In this document: piece by piece, positions 1 to 12,954 of the stretch
Numbering within the stretch: the first letter of the stretch is position 1
Layout of the letters: each line of letters opens with the position of its first letter
NCBI RefSeq assembly: GCF_021028975.2
Contig: NC_059428.1
Span: 64,046,001 to 64,110,000, forward strand
Source of the DNA: Sphaerodactylus townsendi
Taxonomy: Eukaryota
Reading direction: 5' to 3'
Length of the DNA stretch: 64,000 nt
The notes under the pieces: generated by a model
The model's database searches: none
What the model was told of the DNA's origin: nothing
What the model saw: the letters and a program-made list of their open reading frames with translations, nothing else
Program-made: the position numbers and the translations under genes

Positions 1-2180
1 GTATCATTTTCATAATATACTGGTATAGCTTGTTGAAATAATAATAATAATACAGCATTTCATAAGTCTTCCTATAGAATACACACACTAAAGTCACAGG
101 CCACAAAGCACTTCGCTGCCTTGCTAATTACAACCAAAAATAAACACAAGAACTTTGCACGTTTACAGGACATTAAAGAGAACAGGCACTATGAACCTCA
201 GGAGTAATACATTATTCTAATGACCCAATCCAGAACGGGGTGGAGGGAGGGGGGAATCAATGTTGGGAAGCAGTGCAGGCCTATGTGAGCGGATTTGCCT
301 TCCTCTGGGTGTTTACCCCAGCAGAGGGGCAAATCTGTCAGTGGGCAGCCACTGCAGCCCACCAAGGTGCTTGAATGTGGTGCAGAGCACCATGTCAGAA
401 CCCCTGCACCATCACCAACGCAGAAAGGATGTTCCAAAGGCATGGCTGGTGGTGAAGCCAATCTTAGTTGGTTTCCAACCGGGCTTTGCCTCTGGATATA
501 CCTGGGGTTTGACATACACTCCCATTCTGGGTGGTATAAGTCCACTGAGCCCCACATGGGGGACTTTTCAGCAACTGAGGCAGTAGTCTAGCACCACAAC
601 GGCACTGACCCTGGACAGGACTGCCCACCTTACTAACTAAAATGGAAGTCTTCCAAAGTAAAGTGATTTGAAAAGTTGAACATACAAAGTGAGTGCTTTG
701 GGGAATCCTGCCTCAGGGAGGAAGAGGATAAACGATTTCCCCAAATGCCACTTCACAGCTGTTTCAGCAGCTGAAAAGGTACAGGGGAAGAGAAACAAGA
801 ACACCTTAGTCTTCTGGGACTGGGCCCTCGCAGCATTTTAACATCTCTTTGAAATGGTGCTGTCATTCATGGGTTGGACCGACAGATGCTGTTGCATCAA
901 GTTTAACCTTAATTACAAAACTCAGAGACTTCTTAGTTCTATCTGCCTGAAACCCATTCCCTCCAGTCTATAAATTATCCTGGAATGTCAGATACACAAA
1001 TGCATGTGGTTAGTGTGTAATGGAGAAAAAGAACTGTACAAATGCAAAGGGCATATTCAGTCTCTGCATTCTCATAACTGCTTATAATTGGCACAGATTT
1101 ATTCAGATTGTCCAAAGATCTTATTTTTCTGGAGAGATGAGACTGACAACGGCCAGGGTATTATGCCCCTGCAACCCTTTGTCTTTCTTCAGTGAAATAC
1201 TTCTTTCTTTCCTGTAGTGAAAGATTCAGGGGTTTACTGAGCCTTTTCAGTCCTTCAGCCCAAATCCTTGAGCGTGGGGAGTAAGGCAGGGGTTTGACAG
1301 TGGGTATTCACTGGCAAGCAAAAAACACTCCATACATGTTCTGAGAAAAATATAGCTTTATACAAACAAATTATAATAAAGTATTTTGAAATTATTGATT
1401 AAAACAAGATACTAGACTAAGTGAAGCTGGGCATTCATTTTTCTGCTTCCCTACTCCCTGACCTCCCTATCCTCAGACAAATAGACACAGCGATCCAGTT
1501 TTCTGATCAATGCTTTAACTTATAATCGTAATTATTAAAGAGGACAGAAACCACAAAGGCAGAAGCAAAGGACATAAAGAGGAAAGGTTATGGAGATAGA
1601 AGAGAATAAATTTGATGAGGAAGGGTTAACTAATTCAGCTCCAGCACTCTTGCAATATTTCTAAAAGCAATGCTGAGTGTCTATACAGCAGAATTCTATA
1701 ATCCACTTGCTTGTGGAATAAATTCACATTGAGGCTTGTTGCTTAGAAAAGAAATAGAAGTTCTTTATTGTGAGAGAACTCCATACTAGATAGAAAAGGT
1801 CTTTCTAGCTGTCTTTCTATGCTAGGGTAGAAAAAGATTAGAGAAAGCATGTCTAGCCCTCTTGGTGGACAGAGGAAGAGAGGGAGAAAAGGGAAGTGAC
1901 TAGAACTAAGGAACCCCTGAGAGTAGCATTCTGGGTAACAAAGAGATGGGAGTCAGAATCTATCTGTATACAATCTACTGCTCTCTTTGAGACTACAAAG
2001 GCCATGCTAGTATTAAATGACACAGAACAGTTTATTTCTTCCAACAGTTTCTTCCCACATTCTTTTCAAGGCTACTCACACAAAAACCTGTACATTCCCT
2101 CTGTAAATAATACTTGATGCTCTATCTTAACAATCTGTTTTCAAAAGAAATCTTGATTAATGCAAAAGAACAAAAAATAC

Positions 2181-2361
2181 CTGGGGATTACTGTGCTTCC
2201 CATATTTCCAAAACTTGTTTTGAGAAAGCAGAGGTTTAAGTTTCTCTTCCAATAAACAATTCTCACTACTAGGCAATAGACAGAGTAGTTTCTTTAAAGC
2301 TAGCAAAGAACAGGTTAAAATTCGAAAGAATTTGGCTTCTCTTTCTTCCTCTGGCACAGTT
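2181..2361 (-). CDS. LTN1: LTN1 exon 6 (181 nt)
   Basis: AG|[24 protein letters not shown]...[12 protein letters not shown]|GTATT. Confidence 0.95.
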
Positions 2362-5300
2362 CTGAAAATAAATAAATAAATACATACATACATAACTGCG
2401 GTATTGCCACAGTATTGATGCAACACATAATGAAAAATGCAAATTTATATGTAGACAATTGAAATTACTAAACTGAAATGTGCTAATGGAGATAAGGCAG
2501 ACAGAAATCACTCTTGTAAAAATAGCTGTTTTGATTTAGAAGTTCTTGGTGATCAAGAAAATTATGTTCTCAGAGAACTTTCAATGCACTTCAATGGAAG
2601 TAGAGAGCAATTCCACACGCACAGAGGCCTGTCCATTCTACTAAGTTTAATGGGAACGCCTCTTTGTGGGGAAGTCCAGTGTGTGCGCACAGAGCTGTAG
2701 AATGGGGAAAATGCTTCTTCTGATCTAGTATGAAAGAACTGGAACATACTGTTTTTATTATTTTCAAGAAACACCACCAGTTTTATAAACTTACTGAAAC
2801 TAACAGAACACAATAAACTTTATTAAGCCTCTTCCCACAATTAAAAATACATACTGTGGATCACTTAGTGTATTTGGAGTTTCTTTCAAAAGATGATCTT
2901 GTAGCACCTGGAAAAAACCCAAAACATTTAATGCTGTGAAAAAGGAAAAGACATATTCATAAAAGAAAAAAATCAATAAGTTCTACCATTCTGTTCAATA
3001 TTATTCTTTCCAAATTGTAAATAATTGTCATATTAATCTTCAGTAATTCTATACTTTGCTTATTTAAGGAAGTTCTTCTACATGTAATGACAGCTGTACT
3101 AGTATTCTCTAACAGAAGTAGATTTGTTAGGAGCCCAGAGCTCCTTCATTTTATCTTCCTGTCTACCCAGTGGATCGTTAGGCTGAACAAGTAGCTCAAA
3201 GTCATCCACTGTTCTTCATTGCTCCTTTGTTAATAGCAGTGCTCCCCAACCAATTTGAGCCTGCAGGCCTATTTGGAATTCTGACATGGCATGGTGGGTG
3301 CAACAACAAAATGACTGCCACAAAATGACAGCTGAAGGAGGTGTTGCCAGCCGCAAAATGATTACTTCAGCAACATAGTGTAGATCCTGATGTTGTGGTG
3401 GCAGCTGCTGTCAAGGCAACATTTAACAAATCTGCAACCAATTAAAAATCAAATAGCCAATCAGAAGCTTTGCAGGGCAAAAAGTTCTACCTGGCCTCAC
3501 CTACTTCCTCAAAACACTTGGTGGGCACCAAAAAAGATGCTGGTGGGTGCTGGCACCCACATGCACCACATTGGGAACCTTAGCTAATAGCATTAGCTAA
3601 TAGCATTAGCTAGTAATAAAAGTCAAAGAATAAAAGTGAACTTGTGGAACCATTGTTAGTGGTGTCTGCATCATGGCCTTCCCTGATCTTCCCTCCTATC
3701 TTCTCAGGATTATCCATTTGGATTGTCTTTTTGGTTTTCACAACATATGCAAATTATCCAATCATTTAAGCATGAAATAATCTAAGAGTAACATAAACAT
3801 ATTAAACAGAAACACTGTCTAAAGAGAGAAAGAAAAGTTTTCTAAATTGAAAAATACCATAGTGGGAAACTCACATTCAGAATTTCATCTTTACAAAATA
3901 CTAAGGCTTCAGGCTGTTTGCTTGGTGGAAAAGCTTTTTCAAATGCTGCAGTAGCTGCTGATGCAGCTGGAGAATAAGTATCACACTGAGCTATCAGCCA
4001 GTGTCCCATAAGATTTTTTAAATGTGGAGCCAAATTCTTCTTAACTTTCAGAATAAGGTGCTCAAAAGCTTGTTGTGTTGCTTCTCGGACACGGCGATCA
4101 TGATCCTGTAAAACATGTTGAAAATATATGCATAGGTACTCATTCAACACACTACACAGATAAATACACATACACAGCTTAAAGCATTGTGTTGGAGCCA
4201 GACTAATATGAACGAAACAGAGTTTGAGGAAAAATTTCTGCTACATTCCCCTTCCTTCTGAGGACACCTGAGAAGTCTGCTTTTGAGGATCAGGAAACCT
4301 TAGCTGCAGTAAGAAATTCCTCTCTCTCTCATTCTTATGCAGACTCTCAATCTTCTTGTATAAAAATTCATGCAAAAGCTGAGACAAAGTTATTTCTTCC
4401 AGTTCCCTTTCTCCACTGAAGCCTCAATGTTACATCCCATGCTACTTCCAAGGGTCTCTAACCTTCTGGAATAATTCTTGGGAGGCACAGAGGCTTCAGA
4501 AAAAATAAGAGGGTGGTGAAAATCTCTTCTACCAGCTCCATTTCATTTGGGACTGTCTGGATCCAAGCTTCTGAGTTGGATCTAGATAAAATATTCCTGT
4601 AGTGGAACAGAATTTTCATGCCTCTTCTTTCTCATTGCTGCTCACAGACCTCCACAAAATGCTGCTCTTCAGGGACTCAGAACTCTGAGGAACTGCACTG
4701 GGGATGGGTTTCCAGCAAGAAGAGGAAATTGGTGGAAATTACCAACGGGCAGCCCCATCCCAAGCCCCCAGTGGCAGGACACAGTGTCACTGTGGCTCTA
4801 GCCCGCTTCCTCCACCAGGGGTTTACAGCGGTATGGGAAGCAAAAACCAAAAAAACCCAAAACCTGACACCAGAAAGCCCTCTAAAGGGTTTACAAGTCC
4901 GAGAGCTGGAGAGCCTTGTTCTAAACCAGGGGTAGGGAACCTGCGGCTCTCCAGATGTTCAGGAACTACAATTCCCATCAGCCTCTGTCAGCATGGCCAA
5001 TTGGCCATGCTGGTAGGGGCTGATGGGAATTGTAGTTCCTGAACATCTGGAGAGCTGCAGGTTCCCTACCCCTGTTCTAAACCCTAAGCCCTGGGTGGAA
5101 CTGATTAATGTTGGCTCTGCCACCCAGGAATGCCCCACCTCCCCCATGCTGGCATTCAACTGGGATGCCAGCACAGCTATGATGGACTTTCATGTTTTGC
5201 AGCAGTGGAGCTGAGGGGCATGCAACTGCTAGACAAGTGCCCCAGGGAGGGCAAACATTCCAGCACAAGGTTGTGCTGCCCCCTCCAAGCCCTTTTGCCC

Positions 5301-8300
5301 CTGCGATGGGACTGTAAGTGTACATGCAGCCTTCTTTAATATATATCAGTTTTTACTGACAAATATAGAAACTATCTGCAACCATCTATATCATTTAAAG
5401 ATTAACACATTAAAAGCAATGCAAGTTTTCCTACACTGTTCTGTAAATATAACCATAAAACAAAGTAGTTCTTTATCAGGTTTTAAACACTCATTAAGGC
5501 AATCAACCTGCCCCAAAGTACAATTAAATGAACCACTGATTACTTTGACAATTATTGTGATGAATTCTGAGAGGTACAACGTAGTCCATTTTTGCCACAA
5601 CAGTTCAATACTTACAAGGGATATTTTACAATAAATTCTAGACCAGTATGGCAGAACTCCTTTAACAGTCTCTGTTTCTCTTTCTTTACACATTGTCCCA
5701 AACTCTTGCATAGCCTAAAATTAAAAATGAAATTTTAAGAATTTACTAGGTGTTTTTTTAAGTTGATCGTTTATGAAGCTTATCTCCAGATTTATCCATT
5801 ATTTTGTTAAGTGAGCTCATTTCAACAGATTGGCTTGCATCCAGAGCAGTGTTTCCCTGGGAACAAAGATTTCCAGAAGCAGAATACAATTTTCCAGCCT
5901 CACACAATCACATGGCTGACTAAAATGCTTCCAGATCCTGTTCCTAGGGGACAGAAGACACTTTGGACCAGACTGGGGGAGTGGAGATTTGAGGTACTCC
6001 AACAGGGAAAACGCGTAACTTGAACTCCACAGAGTGAAATCGTTGCTTCTGTGGAGATGGATCAGAATGTCTATAAATTTGTATTTGATTAAGGAATATG
6101 GAAATTCATATGAACCAAAGATCTTAAGAATCAAAATGGAGTTTCTCTATAGTGACCAGCTGAAGCCTGCATTTTTGCAGCAGGTCAAAAAGGAATGTTA
6201 GAAGCTTGTCAGTGACTATGCAGGCAAGCAAAGATAACATCTTTAAGATCTTGTCGCTAAAGGCCAACGTGACAGCAGACATATTTTATAACTTTGTTTT
6301 GTTAGAACTAGCTATAGAATGTGATTAGTTAAATTAAAAAGTGTTTTTCTATATATAGTTAAATGAACACAGAAATGATAATGAGAGATTCACATGTATT
6401 AGTATTTCAGTATAATCTTTTAAAAGTTAAATCATTTCAAACTGGGAACAGGGAAATTTTATGATCCTAAAGAATGCTGCATACCCTAAGGACATATCTC
6501 TCTGAAGGAGCAAACTTAGCAAACTTAGAGAAACAAGTTATTCTTGAAGGCAGAAGCTAGTTTGATTGCTGCCCTTTGCATATGGGTAGAGGGCCACGAG
6601 CTAACAGCATGCAGCGTTTGAATAACAGAAGGAATGTAACACATAGAATAGAAGCTGTCTAGATGTGACAAAGAGACAGATCTATCCAATGGGATTTTAA
6701 GGTTCATGCTCATAGCACGTGAAAGAGGTATGGATTATGTACGTGGGTATGATGATGATTGTGTGACGTCTGTATTTTTGTGTCTATAAAATTGGTTCTT
6801 TTGTATGAAGTGGGTGTGCCTCTTACTTAAGGGGACACCCTGGTCAGATACTTATGCTGTCCAGTAAACTTATCTTCTGTTTCAAAACTGCTTCTTGGGT
6901 GTTTTCTAACTTAGTCTTAAACTAATTCAGCTGTGTAGGACCAGAGACGCGGTCCTGGCCCCACACTTCCAAAAAAGCTGCTCTGGATCCAACTATTAAT
7001 TCTGGGTGTACAGCATTAAAGACTGTACACTTGATGTCACATCTCTTTTCATCAATGCTGGATAATAATTTTATAAGACATGGTAAGGAAATCTATTTTA
7101 AAGCCCCTACTTCAGTACTATGGCTTACTTAAATAAAAATAATATATAATCTAGAGACAAAGTATGAAATCTTATAAAAGGCAGCTCATGGAGATTTCAA
7201 AAAATTACCTCACTTTTCCTTGTATGTTTCGTTCTTTGTATACGTATATTTTGTAATTAAAAACAGTGAAAAGAAAAAAAGAGAAAAATATATTCCACCA
7301 CTTCTTAAAATCCAAGGCAATTATTTCATTTCATTTCATAAACCTTTAATAGGCATCAATAAATACAATATATGAAATCCAAAAGCAGTATAAAACATCT
7401 GAAATCCAAAAAGGATCAACAATCCAAAACCATTCCCAGGAATTCAGCAACCAGCTCCAACAGTTAACTGTTCTTTAACAGTAACAGTAAAGAACTGTAA
7501 AGACCAGTTAACTGTTCTTTAACAAACACAAAAAACAAGCCCACATGTTAGGCGTAGAATTCCTTAAAGAAGGGGGAATGATACATTGGAAATCAGGTCC
7601 AAAATCAAGATATTTAGAATAATCAAATAAAATATGCAACATCGTTTCGGGGGTATTGATACAACAAGAACACACCCTGTCTGGTATCAGAATCCTCGAA
7701 AAGCACCCTTGAAGAAGGGCTGATGGGAAGGAACTGAACCTGGCTCTGGTAAAAGCCCATGTTAGTTTTGGGTCGACCAAGGCAATTAATAAATATAAAA
7801 CAGAAGTCCAGTGACATCTTAATGACCAACAAAATTCCAGCATCAATGTTTGATACAAATAGTAATAAGGTAACAACCCAGGTTCAGCCACTATGGCACC
7901 AAGATAGCTGTAAGCAAACTGAACAAACTGCATAACCCTACGGTCCAAACGTGTGGTTACAAAACTGAAAACGACTAGTATTATTACTACAATTATTTCT
8001 CACCTCTTTTGTCCCTAGGTACTTTAAATGTAAAACATTTAAAAACTGTGCAACAAGCCTACCTTTAATTTGGTTATGACATCTCTTTTGGAAAGTTTTC
8101 GCAGCACCATTCGAAAGTCAGCATCCACAAGACTATCTATTTCTTCAGCACCTTGAACTGCAGGAACATATCCTAGATCACTAGAACTGCCAAAGCCAAT
8201 AAACCCAGGAACAGTTCCTCGTTCTTTGGCCAGAAGTTCCGCAGCTCTACCACTGCTAGAGGGCTGTTTTTAAGAAGAAAAAAGATTAAATTTACAAATT

Positions 8301-10882
8301 TACTAACATTTACATTTATTAAAAACGTTGCTTAGTTTCATTTTTGTACCCAAGACCTACAACTTTGTATCTTATGACTGGCTTGTTTGCCTGCCTTTGG
8401 CCATCCCTTTTTTGCTCTAAGTAACAGAACCAGCTACATGTCCTGAATAACTAATCCTAAGAGCCAGTTACCGGTATGTGTCAGATTTGTCCGCTAGTTA
8501 CACTTTTACTTATTCAAAGTTTTCCCTGGCGTAATTTCTATCAGAATTTTCATTTGAATTGTACATTTAAGATAATTTCAGAAGAGCTAAGTAGGTATGC
8601 AATCATAGCACAATAGAGGCTGCATTCTAATGTCAAGAACAAGCCAGTTTGTTCCTGATGTAAATGAATCTCAAATCTGGTTCATTCTCAGATTTGCACA
8701 CTACCTCACTACCCCCTGCCCTTCCACGGAGTTGCAATTGAAAACTTACTGGTTCAATATAATCAATTGGTTGTGGCATCCAAATTTGAGCAACATATCC
8801 AATTTGGATTACTTTCTTTTCTAGTAATCAGGATGCTATGCTGGGATAAAACTAAGAATAAAACTAGAATTTGAGATTTATCCATAAAGAAATCATAGTT
8901 GGTTTGTTATAAATTAATACAGAAAAAGAACTGTGTTGCCTTAAAAGGCCACTACAAAGGTGCCAAGGGACTCCATCAACTTTTTATGTTTAGGATTGGT
9001 TCTGACTTATAAAACCATTAAACTTTTGTCCTCCACCCATTTCTGCCGTGTTGTGTGTAATAACTGCTGCCAACCAAATTCAACTAAGGTGTGACAGACG
9101 TGATCATATAATGAATAAATAGACTTTTGGATGAGACAAGTGGATAACCCCATAATATGTCCATTTGCACCAGCAATAAATGTATGAAATCTACACAAGA
9201 TACTCTCTTGTACACTCCCTCAGCTGATTCCCCAGCTGCTTGTGTTTGTCTGCTTATGATACTCTTTGAAGCACCACATACACAGGTGAAGCTATAGAGA
9301 TGAATAACTCAAGTTAGCATACCAGGTGCAAGGAAATGAGGCTAGAATCTGGTAAAACAGATGGACTTTTCTCTTTATGGCTCATTCCGCACATGCAGAA
9401 TAATGCACTTTCAAACTGCTTTCAGTGCTCTTTGAAGCTGTGCGGAATAGCAAAATCCACTTGCAAACAGTTGTGAAAGTGGTTTGAAAACGCATTATTT
9501 TGTGTGTGCGGAAGGGGCCTATGTGATTGTTAATGCAAGGATAAAGAATACCAGCTATCAATTACGTTAGGATCAAAAAGCCGCCCATTTTAGAGAATGG
9601 TTTCTACTGCTACAAATTCAATTACATACATGGAAATAGTAAATCAGGTAACTTCTTTTAACTTCCACTACATGAAGAAAGCTCAGTGTTTTGCCCCCAT
9701 AGAGCTCTAAGAATCAGTGTCTCTCCTGTCAAAAAAGTGTGGAAGCATTCTCTCGGTATGACTGAAGTCTCTTAAAACTTCAAAAAGGTAGATCAGATTT
9801 TCACCAGACCAATGAAATTATTGGAATAATCTTGCATTTTCAGTGGATATATACCAGGAACAGGATAAATCAAAAGTATGTTTTGCTACACAAATATGGG
9901 TCAAAACTTTCTGACCCCTCTATTCCAAAGCAAACACTTTAAACTATTATATTTTAGCTGATCTTTATCAGATTTGTCTGAAACTTAGCCAGGTTATACT
10001 GTTTACAAGACAGAATCTCTATAACAAATATTAGATTAAAAGGACAATCTTGCGGTTTTTAAATAAGCATACTTTTCTGACTGTATAGTGGTAAATCCAG
10101 GCAACCAATGGACCAATCGACTATAAGGTCGATTGCTTGATTATATAACTGCATTATAAATTGGGCCTAGAAAAACTCTGCAATCATCCAGTGTCCATTC
10201 TGCACAGATGCCATACACCCATACCATAGCAAAACATTCCTCCATTTAACTCACTATCTTAACAATGGTGTGTGTATGCATATAAAGTGTTGTCAGGTTG
10301 CAGCAGATTTATGGCAACGCTGTAGGATATTCACTACAAGTGATTAAGCAAAGGTGATTTGCCATTGCCCTCCTCTGCAGAGTCTTCCTTGGAGACCTCT
10401 CTTCTAAGTGCTTAGCTTCTGAGAGCTGACGAGATGAAGCTCTATTATACCATTTAACACACCCCTGTTAACAAATGCAACGCTTTTATTAACTCAGGGT
10501 TATAAATATTTTTGGTTATGCTGCAATCAAGAGAAAAGTCAGAAACAGCAGAAAAAGCAGCCTCTGTTCCCTTCCTGACTATCTCGATGTGGGTTCACCT
10601 GTCACTCCTCCCCTCCCCGCACACCGTATTTAATTCGAGAGTCGTGGGAGTGGATGCTGACACGTGTCGGCAAAAGGTAACTGGCAGGGCACCATCGCGT
10701 TTCCCAACAGCTGAAAAGCCTGCTGCTGTTAGTCAAACTTCCTCCAATCCTGGCCAAATGTCCCTTTCTCCTGCCAGCGAAGGAGGCCTTCCATCTCAGA
10801 GGAAAAGAAAACAAGCAGGTAGCCGCGCTGACTGCCTCACCCGTACGTTGCCCTTGGTTCGCTGCTTGTTTTTGCCTCCCAT
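2181..10882 (-). CDS. LTN1: Listerin E3 ubiquitin ligase (ribosome quality control), 5' part; gene continues beyond the left edge
   Basis: Six GT-AG exons join in frame: 10841-10882, 8063-8263, 5616-5714, 3875-4105, 2855-2907, 2181-2361. Translation [30 protein letters not shown]...[14 protein letters not shown]... is the LTN1 N-terminus. Confidence 0.97.
2855..2907 (-). CDS. LTN1: LTN1 exon 5 (53 nt)
   Basis: AG|[17 protein letters not shown](Q)|GTATG. Confidence 0.93.
3237..3582. mobile_element. Degenerate hAT-like non-autonomous element (related copy at ~19680-19968)
   Basis: CAGTGCTCCCCAAC...CACATTGGGAACC ends, imperfect 8-bp TSD GTTAATAG/GCTAATAG; internal similarity to 19680-19968. 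Confidence 0.6.
3875..4105 (-). CDS. LTN1: LTN1 exon 4 (231 nt)
   Basis: AG|[14 protein letters not shown]...[12 protein letters not shown]|GTGAG. Confidence 0.95.
4927..5074. mobile_element. 148-bp palindromic hAT-type MITE
   Basis: CAGGGGTAGGGAACCTG...CAGGTTCCCTACCCCTG, near-perfect self-complement, 8-bp TSD TTCTAAAC on both sides. Confidence 0.93.
5616..5714 (-). CDS. LTN1: LTN1 exon 3 (99 nt)
   Basis: AG|[33 protein letters not shown]|GTAAG. Confidence 0.95.
7323..7948 (-). mobile_element. 3' fragment of a non-LTR retrotransposon (RTE-X-like)
   Basis: ORF remnant [17 protein letters not shown]...CSC...ETMLHILF (C-terminal Cys/His motif), ending in ATTAAAGGTTTA(TGAAA)3. Confidence 0.6.
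8063..8263 (-). CDS. LTN1: LTN1 exon 2 (201 nt)
   Basis: AG|[25 protein letters not shown]...[14 protein letters not shown]|GTAGG. Confidence 0.95.
9379..9519. mobile_element. Palindromic MITE with 3-bp TSD (PIF/Harbinger-like)
   Basis: GGCTCATTCCGCACA...TGTGCGGAAGGGGCC, TSD TAT. Confidence 0.75.
10284..10453 (-). mobile_element. 5S-derived (5S-Sauria-like) SINE remnant; related copies at ~40555-40742 and ~51455-51578
   Basis: Minus strand reads ATCTCGTCAGCTCTCAGAAGCTAAGC (5S-like) followed by the GGCAATGGCAAATCACC Sauria-type body. Confidence 0.6.
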
Positions 10883-11155
10883 GGCGATGGCAACGGCGAT
10901 GTCGAGATCGAACAGGAAGCGCGCCCGGCCTCTGCCACGGGAAAGAATGACGACGTTTCCGGGGCGGCTGCGAAAGGAATGGTGGCCAAGCCGCCGGAGA
11001 GAAGAGAGCCTCCTCTCCTGTCCAGGCCCTGCTGCTCGGCGCTGCGTGACACGCCGGGAAGAGTCCTCTGCGGGCCGGGAACTGAGAGGCGGTAAACGCC
11101 CTTTTGGGCGTTTTTTCCGGTTCATAAAACTTATCAGAGAATTGCAGTAGCGTTA
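10820..11155 (-). promoter_or_regulatory. LTN1 CpG-island promoter / first exon
   Basis: Sharp rise in CpG and GC content around the LTN1 ATG against a CpG-depleted background. Confidence 0.8.
10841..10882 (-). CDS. LTN1: LTN1 coding exon 1 (42 nt)
   Basis: ATG at 10882, [14 protein letters not shown], donor GTGAG; lies in a CpG island. Confidence 0.95.
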
Positions 11156-12205
11156 GCCAAATATGCCCTTTATCCTCTTTCCCAGGAGGTCAAGGTTGCG
11201 TTCAGTCTTTCAATTCAGCCATTTCTCACCAAATATCATGAATTCGACAAGACAACTCCTGGTCGTGCCTGGAGACCTCCTCTTTTACTTTCTTAGATGG
11301 AAAAACTCTCAGGACCTTAACCCATCCTTTTGGTTAATCAGGTGGCACATCTACTGACTATTTTGTCTTCCCTCTTTTCATGCCAAGAAATAAAATAATA
11401 CAAATCCATACAAACGTGAACTTTTGCCTGCCCAGGACTACACCATCCTGTGAAGGGTGGAGCATCTGTTCCAAACACCTGAAAAATGTTTCTTACATTT
11501 GAATTGGCTACCCAGATAACATTATTGGCTACCTGCCATGCTATTTGGATCTCAGTTTGGACAGGTACTTGAAGACTCTGCTTGCTCCCTCACTTTCTAA
11601 AGTACCATCTTCTCCCTAGTTCTTCAACCCTTTTGATTTGAACACACTGTAGTGTTAAGGCAGGGCTTGATAAATTGGATCCAGGCTTTGGATAGCCATG
11701 ACACCTAGAAGTTTCATTGTGTCACCTAGCAATGATTTCATAATACTGTTTCAGCCATCCTCAGTAGAAATACAAAATGTATTTACCATTTCACATCAGA
11801 ATATGTTTTGCTTAATGACAAAATATGTGTGGTAGCAAGAACTAGAAAACAAATTTATTAAAATATAAAATATTGAAGGTTTAAAAACAAATCTGGCTCC
11901 TGAATTTTGTGCTAGCTCAAAGAATATCTAGGGCCTGTGCTACCTTGTGGAATATTTGGTGTCTTTCATAATGGGCCTTGTAGTGTTGACTACTCTACTG
12001 AACACTTGATATGAATTTAGCTGCTGTTTCACTTTGCTAATTCTCCAGTTCAGCAGGAACAGGAGTATCTTGGCCACCTGAAATTGAGCTTGCCCCTCGC
12101 AAAATAAAAAAGATGCTTGCTATCTGTGGAACTTTTTGCCTGATGAGAACTCTTTAGGCATTTACAGTACAAGCATCATCACAGGCTGCTCTTAGGTAAG
12201 GCAAA

Positions 12206-12689
12206 AGCCCTTTCCGCACAGCAAATGTAAAGCAGGTTGCAGCCGGAATAAATTCATTCGGCGTGTCCCTGAACCACCGTGGCCAGTGAGTGAATTGGCT
12301 GGGGTGCACACCTTTGCATGGAGGTGTGTATTATTTTTATTTACCTTCCACCAATGCGTAGCTACGCAGGCATGTGAATCCCCGCAGCTATGCTGTCTGA
12401 CGTTACAACCCTTTGCACCTGTGTGGCTACACAGATGGGCATTGGGAAAAATTTTTAAAAGGAACGCATGGTCGAAACAAGCACCTCCCTGCCCGGATGT
12501 TTGCTTGGAAGTGGCTGCAACCTGGGATTTTAAAAAATAATTGCAGATAGTGCAATTCTTGAATACCCCATTTTGGGGGAAATAACATGGGGTAGACTCT
12601 CTTTAGGGGTGGGATCTGTGCAAAGTTCCCCCCAAAATAGGTTTTTTAACCATTGCTATCCAGGTTTATTGGTCCGTGCTGAAAGGGCC
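12206..12689. mobile_element. Longer non-autonomous element with GGCCCTTTCCGCAC-type TIRs (related remnant at ~60792-60952)
   Basis: GCCCTTTCCGCACA at the left end, CGTGCTGAAAGGGCC at the right end. Confidence 0.6.
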
Positions 12690-12954
12690 AGACTTGATGA
12701 AATCATCCAAATACAGGTAGCTGTGCATCCTCAATTATCCTTGCTAGCAGAGCATCCAAAAACTGTGGGGAGGAGCCACATCCTGGTTCAGCACTTCTCA
12801 AGGTCCAAACTACACATGACATCTGCTACATTTGCCATAGGACCTACACCATGATGCCAGCTGAGTGCTCCTCTGCGAACTCAATCCAGAAGCACCACAG
12901 GAAGCTGGCCTGGGACCACGACATGGAGAGAACACCTGCCTGCTTCCCCTAGCC

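Noticed and set aside
6300-6965. Possible solo LTR in LTN1 intron 2 (TG start, TATAAA near 6785, AGTAAA near 6863, CA end)
   Set aside because: I found no matching target-site duplication or second copy; it cannot be supported without a repeat search.
10284-10453. 5S rRNA-like and tRNA-like sequences
   Set aside because: Partial, diverged and fused to SINE bodies; not functional RNA genes.
10512-11150. 212-aa plus-strand ORF antisense to LTN1 exon 1
   Set aside because: Starts at a non-ATG codon, lies in a stop-poor CpG island and has no recognisable domain.
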